From Antedon mediterranea (taxonomy: Eukaryota > Animalia > Echinodermata), in the NCBI RefSeq assembly GCF_964355755.1, contig NC_092672.1:5208001-5272000 (forward strand): 64,000 bases of DNA, given 5' to 3'. Each line of letters starts with the position of its first letter. Position 1 is the stretch's first letter. The notes below the pieces were generated by a model, which did no database searches, was not told the DNA's origin, and worked only from the letters and a program-made list of their open reading frames with translations. The position numbers and the translations under genes are program-made. Of this stretch, positions 51,083 through 63,230 are shown piece after piece.

Positions 51083-51339
51083 ATGATCAGTGGCTGTGTG
51101 TGTACTAGTACACCGGGTAAACCCCCCCCCCCCCTACTAGTCTCTAAGAGATGTACTACTGTAGGTTAGGTAAAGTGCACATGACCTAGATATGTACACT
51201 GGATTTCAACAGAGTTTGAAGTCCTTATCCGAGAAGACTTGATTTACCACCACAACCATGGAGAGAGTGAGCCTCGAAGCCTTGCCAATGTTATGGCTAC
51301 GTAATTTGGTTCCACTGTATTAACCACTCAGCCACTCAC
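51083..51339 (-). mobile_element. Second copy of the Deu/Nin-like tRNA SINE
   Basis: Aligns with 37507-37750 (AGTCCTTATCCGAGAAGACT, GTGAGCCTCGAA, TTAACC.CTC.GCCACTCAC). Confidence 0.8.
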
Positions 51340-51456
51340 AAGCAAGTTACTGTAAGTACTCTGAGACCGACTTTGACTTGAAACTCATTGTTTACTAATT
51401 CTCTTCTTTTTTCAGTGTTCGCGTTTGGAAATCTGATGTGAAGACATTTCTATTTA

Positions 51457-54400
51457 ATGGGTTCAGGGAATGTAAAGCCTGCACCAAAAACACACAACCA
51501 AGATCAACTCTCTGATCTTCAGCTTTCTTCAGACAAAATGCCATGTCGTGCGTGTGATTTACAGTTTACACTTTTCAGACACAAGGTATCACATTAACTC
51601 ATTTATTATAAATTAATAGACGCTTACTATATAACTTTACAATAAAATTTATTGACAAAAAACAAGAAGATCGACGTTTCGGAACCATCATGGAACCATT
51701 TTCAAGATCAAGTGATCGAATTATACAAAAAATAACAAACACCAATGGGTGACGGGAAATACTAATTACCGTAATTGGTTAATTAACATCAAAGAAGGCC
51801 TACAGTTCTAAGAACTTAAGTTATTAAGCTCCTCCTTCTTAATTAATAAACAATTTAGCTTTGACTACACTTAATAAACAAACCGATTCAGAAACATTGG
51901 TGTTTGTTATTTTTTGTATAATTCGATCAATTGATCTTGAAAATGGTTCTTGCTTTTTGTCATTAAATTTTATTGTAAAGTTATTTATTATAGCCAATTT
52001 TATATTTTATAATTTTACTGTTATTCAGTTATTACTGTATAGGGAGCTTTCGATTTGCTATGACAGACGACCAAACTACGTTGTGTTAATTTATTGTGCG
52101 AATGTGGAGATATTGGGATATGCGTCCTCGCTCTTTACATTGACACAGGTTGCTTGGTTCTGGCAATGACCATGAAACATCAATTGACTTTACCTAGATT
52201 GGTCGTCGCAATTCAAAGGCTCCCTAATATTGAATTATCTTATAAAAAAAGTTTAATCCTGAAGCCTTGTCTACACTATGAACTAGTTTGACAAAAAAAG
52301 TTCAATTATTGTTGTGATATCCCCAAATATGGTAGTAATATCACATACAGTTGAATAGTGTAGACAGAGCATTGGGCATCTATGTAATCCAACATGTTGG
52401 CACATTCTTTGTATATGTATTTATTTAATTACATTTTTAAATGAAATATTATAAATGATTTTTAAAATTGTAGCATAAATGCATCGACTGTCAGAAGTTG
52501 TTCTGTGCTAACTGCATCAATAAAAACATAAGAGACAAGAAGATATGTTTAGTTTGCGAGGCAGTGAAGCGTGACATGGCACGGCCTGCCTTGATGCAAT
52601 TAAAAATTCGCGAACTACAACAATTCCTGACCGTTAGAAATGTTTCCATGGAATCATGCACGGAAAAAACAGATCTTGTGGACCTATTACTGGAGTATTT
52701 GATAAACAAAGGTGTAATACCTCGGCCGGTGCCGCTGCAATCTAGGCCATTGGTTGGACAGCGTGTATCAGCTACGTCTAACCGAGGCTCAACGTCTATG
52801 AATGCTTCCAACCCAGTTTCCCAAGGAAATGCTTTACATTCAAACATTCCAGAAAATTCCAGGAACACTGGACGATTTAATAATGATTTTGATACACTTG
52901 AAAGTACACAACAGGTAAGAACAATTCGTCACTCGTCACACGAACCGGCGAATCCTCATTTTGGCGCGAAATTATTTTTTTTTGTATATTTCGAAAGTAT
53001 TTATTCTAAAAAACAACTGATGCAAATATCAACTGCGTATCTTATTTCAATAATTAATTATTTAAGTTATAATTTGGCGAATATATTGTGATATTATAAT
53101 CATTCGTCACACGAAGCGTCGAATATCGATTCGTCACTTTGTGTGAGTAAAACGCGCATCACGCACACTGTTTACGCGCCTCAATAAACGGCGAATATGC
53201 AATTCGTCACTAATTGCATGTGATCTGATTGGTTTATTGCATATCTGGAACATTCCATTATTTGATGGCCAATTTTCAGTCCCGCAAAGTTAGATTGAGC
53301 ATAGATTAAAGAATATTGAACAGTATTTTACCCAGTAAAAACTGATTTTTGTGGTTATTGATAAATTATTTAGTAAGCTAATTATATAAATACATTTCAG
53401 GAAATGTAATGCAACGTTTCGACGTTTGTTCTTTTGTACGTTCACTCGAGCACTAGCAAAACATTACATTAAAATATGGCACTGACAACACATACACGAA
53501 ACGGTACGGTAACGATTAGGCCTACATCAATGTTATAGTCTTAAGTATTTTGAAATATTTAATTTTTTAGAGAATAAATAACTTGATTATTAAAAAGAAA
53601 CATCAAATTTCACCTCTATTGTTAATGGATAATGCTACTAAGGATAATAACTTTCATTTCTGTATACACATTTTTATTAAACAATTCATACATTTTGATG
53701 TTAGAGTATTTATATTTTTTGTTTTTGCTTTTTAAATTAGATAGTTACAGTATAATTATTATAATCAGAGAGTCACCAAATATCTTTGGGGGCATGGCTA
53801 TACTAGATACTATCGTATACTATATATGGTAGTCTGCACATTATCCTGTGATATGCCCTACAATAAGACCACATTTCTACGGTATCACATTAAATTAGTA
53901 AATAATTTAAATTAGCCTTTTAATACGGATATTAGAAAAGGCAGATAACACATTTAATGTTATTTAATAAATACTATATTGGCCATGAATGGCTAAATGA
54001 TTGTAGGCCTAATGCTGAAAAAGTCGTATTGTACAATGGACTGTCTAAATTATTTTTTAACTGTTCCCGTAGGGCCTACTAAGGGAATATTGAATTAAAA
54101 ACGTTTATTCTAACTATCTAACATTGCCTTGCCTTATGTAGAGATCAAATAATGTATAAATTAAAAATTAAATTTAATTAAATGAACCATGTTTACGTTT
54201 TTCCATTATTTACAATAGCTAAATTGATGTTTGTGCATCAGTTAGGCTACTATAAATTATATTTTGCAACTGATTTGTGATTGTTCTTTTGCATTTTTAA
54301 CAGAATAATTTTTAGTTTAGATTTATAGTAAATCATTAAAAAAGTCAATGTGAGATGATTTTTCTTTTACCTGTTCTGCCACAAATAATCATTTTACTGT

Positions 54401-57055
54401 AGACGAAACAAAAAATAAAATGACAACTTTTAATAGTGCACTAACCCAGGTATAAACCCCTCCCTCTTTTAATGTGAAATTATTTATCTTATATTATCTA
54501 TGAATTGTATGACCTAATTCAATTCAATTCAACTTTATTTCAGACAAACTGTCCATATGAAACATATAAATACAATAAAAAATAATACAAAGCATTATGT
54601 GACAACCGTCATGGAGAGAGGACTAATGATTATTTGTTGACATATAGTGCCTCTTAAAATACATGTGGATTATGTTTTGGGATTTATTGGATGTAGACTA
54701 TAGACATTATTATATTATTGATTACTATAGTTTACAAAACAACACATTATTATGGCTATACTGATACTAGTTAACACACGTAAAAGTATACATGAAATTA
54801 TATATACAGAAGTTCAATCACAGATAAAGTTGCCCTAATGGCTTATTACCTCTAAAAAAATCAATATTACTGTAGCATCAACAGGTTTCTGTTAGTGTTG
54901 GGCACCCATTGTATAATATGGAGGTAAATATTATGGTGTTTCTGAATCTTACTTTCTTTATGAAATGGCAGTGGATGGTAGTGTCATTTACAAAATGTGT
55001 GTTTCCTTCTGTATGTATAGATAGATTTTCTCTGATTGTTATCAACATATTTATTATGATAAATGGTTACTTAACTCTTGAGTCTATTTTACAACAAAAT
55101 GTATGTTATTTTTTGGTCTATTTTTTATTGTTATCAATTACGATAAATGGTTTTATATGATACTTTAAAACTCTGAGTCTATCTTACAACAAAATGTACA
55201 TACTGTACATGTTTGAAAATTTCATTCTGTATTTTATCTTTGATTGTTATCAACATACTGTTCTGTGGCTATTATGATAAATAATAATAATATTAATAAT
55301 AATAATAATAATAAGATTTTTATAGCGCACATACCACTCAAGAGTGCTCAAGGCTGGTTATGTTTTAAACTAAACTTTTTATCTTGCAAACTTCAAAACA
55401 AAAATCTTTACGTATTGTTTTCATTTAGGAGGAAAATGAAGAAGAGTATCTTGAGGAAACACAAAGACACTTTAACATCACCACACCAAAAATAACAACA
55501 AAAAAACCAATAACAACACCAACAACAGAATCAGCTCCCTCGTCAACAGCGACTGAAAGTGAGGCTGATAAAAGGGAGCGCTTAGAACGACGAAGACAAC
55601 AGGAGATGAGAGAAGCAGAAGCAAGAAATATACATGAAAACCCATTAGTGAGCTTATTTAAATTAGTTTAACATATTTTAATTTATGCTTGTCAATTGAG
55701 ATTTAACTAAAAAGATTGCCTTGATTGATCAGCGAGTTGTAATAAAAACTCCCTGGTTTGATAAAAACAACTCCCTGGTTTGATAAAATCAACTCCCTAA
55801 TTTGAGAAAAACAACTCCCTGGTTTGATAAATGCAACTCCCTAATTTGATAAAAACAACTCCCTGGTTTGATAAAAACAACTCCCTGGTTTGATAAAAAC
55901 AACTCCCTAATTTGATAAAAACAACTCCCTGGTTTGATAAAAACAACTCCCTGGTTTGATAAAAGCAACTTCCTGGTTTGATAAAAGCAACTCCCTGGTT
56001 TGATAAAAGCAACTCCCTGGTTTGATAAAAGCAACTCCCTGGTTTGATAAAAGCAACTCCCTGGTTTGATGGTTTGATAAAAACAACTCCCTGGTTTGAT
56101 AAAAACAACTTCCTGGTTTGATAAAATAAAGTTTATTCAGCAACCACAACAGTGTAGAATAACATGCAATAGGGCAACCCAAACAAACTGTGCACCACAT
56201 ACTGTAAAAACTAGGGTCAACTTGCTTACTGTATGAACAGAGCAAAAACAGGGATTCTATATCTCTTTAAAAATATTACTGAAAATAAAAATAATAACTT
56301 AAAATATTATGAAGAACCACATAATCAGAGCATTTTTAAAACATAATATTCTACAATCTTGTAAATACTGTAGTATCACTAGTTTTGATTGTCGTTAAGG
56401 TATTTTAACTTGCTTTCTAAAGTTGTTTCAAATCTTATAATTGGTTTTATACATTTATGTACTGCGCCTATGAGCTTATTTTATTTTTTTATTTCTTAAT
56501 TCGAATTCACAATAAATCACTACATATAAAATACAAAGAATGAATTCAGGGTAACACAAAAAAGTAACCAAAGGTCGACTTATTTTCATTGTGGCCCTTA
56601 AGGAAGACAACACCAAAGAATAAACATTTACAATAACCTAGAACACATGTAGAACAATATATGAATTACAATCTTTAAAGCACAATTATTGATTTGATAT
56701 ACGAAGCATTATAAATGCTTTTATTATTATTATTATTATGATATACTATGCCTAACCTCTTTCTGGTGACAACATTTTGAGCTGTTAAATGTTACATTGT
56801 CTTATATAGCCAGTTACCCTCTTTACTGAAAAGTTTTTTATCTCAATTACTTTCAGCCAACTGTTGACCCCAGACCAAAGAAGAAAAGAGCGTCCATTGG
56901 TGATGTGAACAGCATAGAGGATATCAACGAACTTTCAGTGAGGGCGCTGAAAGAGATATTAGCCACAAACTTTGTTGATTATCGTGGCTGTGTAGAAAAA
57001 CAAGAACTAGTGGATAGAGTCAAACGATTATATAAATCTAAAGAGAAACCAAATG
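51457..57055 (+). CDS. RNF34: RNF34/RFFL (CARP)-family E3 ubiquitin ligase, 5' part; RING exons beyond the window
   Basis: Exons 51457-51585 (CRACDLQFTLFRHK), 52474-52914 (HKCIDCQKLFCANC...CLVC FYVE-like finger; LKIRELQQFL...CTEKTDLVDL), 55429-55647, 56857-57055 (LSVRALKEILATNFVDYRGCVEKQELVDRVKRLY). No RING exon seen up to 64000. Confidence 0.88.
51631..51984. mobile_element. Foldback (inverted pseudo-LTR-like) Penelope-type remnant with a hammerhead-like motif
   Basis: ~90-115-bp inverted arms (ATAACTTTACAATAAAATTTA...AAACACCAATG / CATTGGTGTTT...TATTGTAAAGTTAT); left arm on - strand reads GATC-TTGAAAA-T-GG...CC-GAAAC-GTC-GATC. Confidence 0.6.
55744..56123. repeat. 22-bp minisatellite, ~17 copies
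   Basis: Unit AAAACAACTCCCTGGTTTGATA. Confidence 0.95.
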
Positions 57056-57078
57056 GTAAGATTACTAATTGTTTTTTT

Positions 57079-57372
57079 AATACGGCTTTACCATGTTGAA
57101 ACACCTGTTCTCATCAGATCACCAAAGTGAAGCTACATTGGGCCTGGTTAGAGCTTGGATGGGAGACCATCTGGGAATATCGGGTGTATATGGAGCTGGG
57201 GCCCATTAAGCATTTGAAATCAGCATTGCTGACTTTTATGGCAGCCCCTGCATCTAGTATGTGCCTCAGACGTACTGGCCCATGCCTTTCATCTGGTCAA
57301 GGTGAGCAGTGGACGAGAGTAGCCCTTGATCAATGTTAGGACCAATCAAGGTGCTTTAAACAGTCCTGGCTT
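57079..57372 (+). mobile_element. 5S rRNA-derived SINE (SINE3-type)
   Basis: 57081-57188 follows eukaryotic 5S rRNA (TACGGC..ACCATGTTGAAACACC.GTTCTC.TC.GATCACC.AAGT.AAGC...GGTTAG..CTTGGATGGGAGACC..CTGGGAATA.CGGGTG) with many substitutions; the unique body after it is shared with 9039-9207. Confidence 0.75.
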
Positions 57373-57549
57373 TATTTGTATCAAATCTGTTAGTGGCGGT
57401 AATTGTCGCTGTTGCTTTCGATTGAAAAAAATAATAAATGATGTTTATTAAATAAGTTCATTTGGATCTGATAATGTAATGTGATAAAAAGTTACTTCTA
57501 TATGATCCAATATAGTGTCAAGTTTGTAAGATGATATCGGTACTTACAT

Positions 57550-57935
57550 GTCCAGAGAACTTGATGTTTCGCCTACTAACAGCAAGGCATAATCATAAGT
57601 GAATACGTTCTGGTGACATAGCGGTGACGTTACGGTGACACGGTGGAAAGGAGCCATTGTGAAGTTTACCGCTTGGAGTTATCCAAGCGGGATGTGCGGG
57701 GGTTGGTCTCTTTACGTTTAGAATGTTATCGTAAATGTGCGATAGTTCATATGCTCCTTCATCTCTATTCATATTATTAGGGTGTAATCTTATATGTATC
57801 GCTTCTTTTATTTTTCTTGTGTTCCATTCAGTTTCTTTTGCTAAGACTTTGATGTTGTTCCAATTGGGTGTGTGACCAAAAGTCGCCATATGATCCGTGA
57901 TAGCCGAGCTGTGAAACTTTTCTGACGCCGACTTT
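57550..57935 (-). mobile_element. Penelope-like element 3' remnant (GIY-YIG C-terminus plus hammerhead-like motif)
   Basis: GHTPNWNNIKVLAKETEWNTRKIKEAIHIRLHPNNMNRDEGAYELSHIY is typical of the Penelope endonuclease end; hammerhead-like motif directly downstream at 57556-57600. Confidence 0.8.
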
Positions 57936-58831
57936 CTGCTTGATGTTTAGTTTTAAATAAAATAAAAATTCCTGACCAGATCTTAAGTTTTAATACAACA
58001 CTGGCATATACTACAAAACCCTGCATTTCTTGATTGTTACCTATCCAAAGTAGCCAAGTACATAAAGTGTACATTTATAAGCAACGATATTGTATTCAAT
58101 CAAAATTGCTTTCATGTCCTCGAAATTTCACCATATTGCATCTTTTTTTAATGGAATTTTACTAATTTTTTTCTTCTATTGTTGCGACATAATTTCGAGT
58201 TATATCATTTTTTTATAACAATTAAGTGTAACAGCAAATTAGGATATTTTATGTGTACACCAAAAAACTTATTCTTATTCTTATTCTTTTATTGCCAAAT
58301 ATAAAATACATGAAAAACACGACATACAAAAAAACAAAACAATAGAACCAACTGAGTGAGCTGGCATGGGACACAAAAGCGAACCTAATCACTATGACTT
58401 AAAGCCTGTGTTCCCCACTCACCCAGTTTCACAAGCAAAGATTATACCATCTTAAAATATAATATATCAAGATTCCAAAGCTAAGTTTAAATCATAAAAT
58501 AAAAAATATATATAAAAAGTATTTTAAATTATATACATAGGCCTAATTAGTGTCATCAAGTCATCAAGTCCATGTTCGAGTACACGAAAAGTTGCATTGC
58601 AATTTTCATGATTTGTTATTTGGTTTGGTGTGTTAACATTGCCACTCGCATGAAAGATGTCATTCTCGTTTATCAGGAAATCGGTGTAACTCAGAGCTGG
58701 CCGATTGTGTGATGCCAGAATGATCCATGTTTTGAGCAAATGGTGAATCTTGAACTGAAGTAGAGTAAGGTAAATCTCTATTCATTGACCACTATAATAT
58801 GGATGGACCACATTTATTGGTCTTCTTTTTT

Positions 58832-59875
58832 TCTCCGAACTTGCAGGTGTATTTGTCTCTGAACTTGCAGGTGTATTTGTCTCTGAACTTGCAGGTGTAT
58901 TTGTCTCTGAACTTGCAGGTGTATTTGTCTCTGAACTTGCAGGTGTATTTGTCTCTGAATTTGCAGGTGTATTTGTCTCTGAACTTGCAGGTGTATTTGT
59001 CTCTGAACTTGCAGGTGTATTTGTCTCTGAACTTGCAGGTGTATTTGTCTCTGAACTTGCAGGTGTATTTGTCTCTGAACTTGCAGGTGTATTTGTCTCT
59101 GAACTTGCAGGTGTATTTGTCTCTGAACTTGCAGGTGTATTCGTCTCTGAACTTGCAGGTGTATTCGTCTCTGAACTTGCAGGTGTATTCGTCTCTGAAC
59201 TTGCAGGTGTATTCGTCTCTGAACTTGCAGGTGTATTCGTCTCTGAACTTGCAGGTGTATTTGTCTCTGAACTTGCAGGTGTATTTGTCTCTGAACTTGC
59301 AGGTGTATTTGTCTCTGAACTTGCAGGTGTATTTGTCTCTGAACTTGCAGGTGTATTTGTCTCTGAACTTGCAGGTGTATTTGTCTCTGAACTTGCAGGT
59401 GTATTTGTCTCTGAACTTGCAGGTGTATTTGTCTCTGAACTTGCAGGTGTATTTGTCTCCGAACTTGCAGGTGTATTTGTCTCCGAACTTGCAGGTGTAT
59501 TTGTCTCCGAACTTGCAGGTGTATTTGTCTCCGAACTTGCAGGTGTATTTGTCTCCGAACTTGCAGGTGTATTTGTCTCGGAACTTGCAGGTGTATTTGT
59601 CTCGGAACTTGCAGGTGTATTTGTCTCTGAACTTGCAGGTGTATTTGTCTCCGAACTTGCAGGTGTATTTGTCTCTGAACTTGCAGGTGTATTTGTCTCC
59701 GAACTTGCAGGTGTATTTGTCTCTGAACTTGCAGGTGTATTTGTCTCTGAACTTGCAGGTGTATTTGTCTCCGAACTTGCAGGTGTATTTGTCTCCGAAC
59801 TTGCAGGTGTATTTGTCTCCGAACTTGCAGGTGTATTTGTCTCCGAACTTGCAGGTGTATTTGTCTCTGAACTTG
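58832..59875. repeat. 24-bp minisatellite, ~43 copies, stop-free in one frame on each strand
   Basis: Unit GAACTTGCAGGTGTATTTGTCTCT; reads (DKYTCKFR)n on the - strand. Confidence 0.97.
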
Positions 59876-62800
59876 ACGTCCACGTGACGTGTTTTTAGTT
59901 TCGCCAGACTCGCCCTTCTTTCATTGTCCGTTTTTTTCTTGGTGTACTGTTTTGATGTGGTGGGACACATTTATAATCAAGGTCCCGCAAAAAGGGCACT
60001 CTCTCTTCTCCTTTTTTGAGTTCATATTTTCTTTCACATTGGTAGGCAACCATTTAAACCAGCCGCGTCTCCTTCTAATTCTACACACGAGGAGCCTACG
60101 TCGGTGATTGGTCTCCACGTGACGTGTTTTGATATTCAACACACACTCGCGGACGTTTCTTTTCAGTTATTTAAATTTATAATCAAGGTCCCGCAAAAAG
60201 GGCACTCTCTCTTCTCCTTTTTTGAGTTCATATTTTCTTTCACATTGGTAGGCAACCATTTAAACCAGCTGCGTCTACTTCTAATTCTACACACGAGGGG
60301 CCTACGTCGGTGATTGGTCTCCACGTGACGTGTTTTTAGTTTCGCCAGACTCGCCCTTCTTTCATTGTCCGTTTTTTCTTGGTGTACTGTTTTAATGTGG
60401 CGGGACACATTTATAATCAAGGTCCCGCAAAAAGGGCACTCTCTCTTCTTCTTTTTTGAGTTCATATTTTCTTTCACATTGGTAGGCAACCATTTAAACC
60501 AGCCGGCGTCTCCTTCTAATTCTACACACGAGGGGCCTACGTCGGCGATTGGTCTCCACGTGACGTGTTTTGATATTCAACACACACTCGCGGACGTTTC
60601 TTTTCAGTTATTTAAATTTATAATCAAGGTCCCGCAAAAAGGGCACTCTCTCTTCTCCTTTTTTGAGTTCATATTTTCTTTCACATTGGTAGGCAACCAT
60701 TTAAACCAGCCGCGTCTCCTTCTAATTCTACACACGAGGAGCCTACGTCGGTGATTGGTCTCCACGTGACGTGTTTTGATATTCAACACACACTCGCGGA
60801 CGTTTCTTTTCAGTTATTTAAATTTATAATCAAGGTCCCGCAAAAAGGGCACTCTCTCTTCTCCTTTTTTGAGTTCATATTTTCTTTCACATTGGTAGGC
60901 AACCATTTAAATCAGCTGCGTCTCCTTCTAATTCTACACACGAGGGGCCTACGTCGGTGATTGGTCTCCACGTGACGTGTTTTTAGTTTCGCCAGACTCT
61001 CCCTTCTTTCATTGTCCGTTTTTTCTTGGTGTACTGTTTTGATGTGGCGGGACACATTTATAATCAAGGTCCCGCAAAAAGGGCACTCTCTCTTCTCCAT
61101 TTTTGAGTTCATATTTTCTTTCACATTGGTAGGCAACCATTTAAACCAGCCGGCGTCTCCTTCTAATTCTACACACGAGGGGCCTACGTCGGTGATTGGT
61201 CTCCACATGACGTGTTTTGATATTCAACACACACTCGCGGACGTTTCTTTTCAGTTATTTAAATTTATAATCAAGGTCCCGCAAAAAGGGCACTCTCTCT
61301 TCTCCTTTTTTGAGTTCATATTTTCTTTCACATTGGTAGGCAACCATTTAAACCAGCCGCGTCTCCTTCTAATTCTACACACGAGGGGCCTACGTCGGTG
61401 ATTGGTCTCCACGTGACGTGTTTTTAGTTTCGCCAAACTCGCCCTTCTTTCATTGTTCGTTTTTTCTTGGTGTACTGTTTTAATGTGGCGGGACACATTT
61501 ATAATCAAGGTCCCGCAAAAAGGGCACTCTCTCTTCTCTTTTTTTGAGTTCATATTTTCTTTCACATTGGTAGGCAACCATTTAAACCAGCAGCGTCTCC
61601 TTCTAATTCTACACATGAGGGGCCTACGTCAGTGATTGGTCTCCACGTGACGTGTTTTGATATTCAACACACACTCGCGGACGTTTCTTTTCAGTTATTT
61701 TAATTTATAATCAAGGTCCCGCAAAAAGGGCACTCTCTCTTCTCCTTTTTTGAGTTCATATTTTCTTTCACATTGGTAGGCAACCATTTAAATCAGCTGC
61801 GTCTCCTTCTAATTCTACACACGAGGGGCCTACGTCGGTGATTGGTCTCCACGTGACGTGTTTTTAGTTTCGCCAGACTCTCCCTTCTTTCATTGTCCGT
61901 TTTTTCTTGGTGTACTGTTTTGATGTGGCGGGACACATTTATAATCAAGGTCCCGCAAAAAGGGCACTCTCTCTTCTCCATTTTTGAGTTCATATTTTCT
62001 TTCACATTGGTAGGCAACCATTTAAACCAGCCGGCGTCTCCTTCTAATTCTACACACGAGGGGCCTACGTCGGTGATTGGTCTCCACATGACGTGTTTTG
62101 ATATTCAACACACACTCGCGGACGTTTCTTTTCAGTTATTTAAATTTATAATCAAGGTCCCGCAAAAAGGGCACTCTCTCTTCTCCTTTTTTGAGTTCAT
62201 ATTTTCTTTCACATTGGTAGGCAACCATTTAAACCAGCCGCGTCTCCTTCTAATTCTACACACGAGGGGCCTACGTCGGTGATTGGTCTCCACGTGACGT
62301 GTTTTTAGTTTCGCCAAACTCGCCCTTCTTTCATTGTTCGTTTTTTCTTGGTGTACTGTTTTAATGTGGCGGGACACATTTATAATCAAGGTCCCGCAAA
62401 AAGGGCACTCTCTCTTCTCTTTTTTTGAGTTCATATTTTCTTTCACATTGGTAGGCAACCATTTAAACCAGCCGCGTCTCCTTTTAATTCTACACACGAG
62501 GGGCCTACGTCGGTGATTGGTCTCCACGTGACGTGTTTTGATATTCAACACACACTCGCGGACGTTTATTTTCAGTTATTTAAATTTATAATCAAGGTCC
62601 CGCAAAAAGGGCACTCTCTCTTCTCCTTTTTTGAGTTCATATTTTCTTTCTCATTGGTAGGCAACCATTTAAACCAGCTGCGTCTCCTTCTAATTCTACA
62701 CACGAGGGGCCTATGTCGGTGATTGGTCTCCACGTGACGTGTTTTTAGTTTCGCCAGACTCGCCCTTCTTTCATTGTCCGTTTTTTCTTGGTGTACTGTT

Positions 62801-63230
62801 TTAATGTGGCGGGACACATTTATAATCAAGGTCCCGCAAAAAGGGCACTCTCTCTTCTCCTTTTTTGAGTTCATATTTTCTTTCACATTGGTAGGCAACC
62901 ATTTAAACCAGCCGCGTCTCCTTCTAATTCTACACACGAGGAGCCTACGTCGGTGATTGGTCTCCACGTGACGTGTTTTGATATTCAACACACACTCGCG
63001 GACGTTTCTTTTCAGTTATTTAAATTTATAATCAAGGTCCCGCAAAAAGGGCACTCTCTCTTCTCCTTTTTTGAGTTCATATTTTCTTTCACATTGGTAG
63101 GCAACCATTTAAACCAGCTGCGTCTCCTTCTAATTCTACACATGAGGAGCCTACGTCGGTGATTGGTCTCCACGTGACGTGTTTTGATATTCAACACACA
63201 CTCGCGGACGTTTCTTTTCAGTTATTTAAA
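59876..63230 (-). repeat. Composite tandem array of ~234-bp (A) and ~206-bp (B) units derived from the 5' end of a C2H2-like zinc-finger ORF
   Basis: Sixteen CAC(G/A)TGACGTGTTTT junctions, order ABABBABABABABABB. A units encode CPFCGTLIINVSRHIKTVH. An 881-bp higher-order duplication is evident (ORFs at 60912 and 61793 translate identically). Confidence 0.92.

Noticed and set aside
55789-56245. Three overlapping - strand ORFs
   Set aside because: All are translations of the 22-bp minisatellite.
57079-57190. Functional 5S rRNA gene
   Set aside because: Many substitutions, damaged ends, no T-run terminator, and fused to a repeat body.
58799-59887. 362-aa + strand ORF (LNLQVYLS)n
   Set aside because: By-product of a 24-bp repeat lacking stops; lies inside an intron with no splice or homology support.
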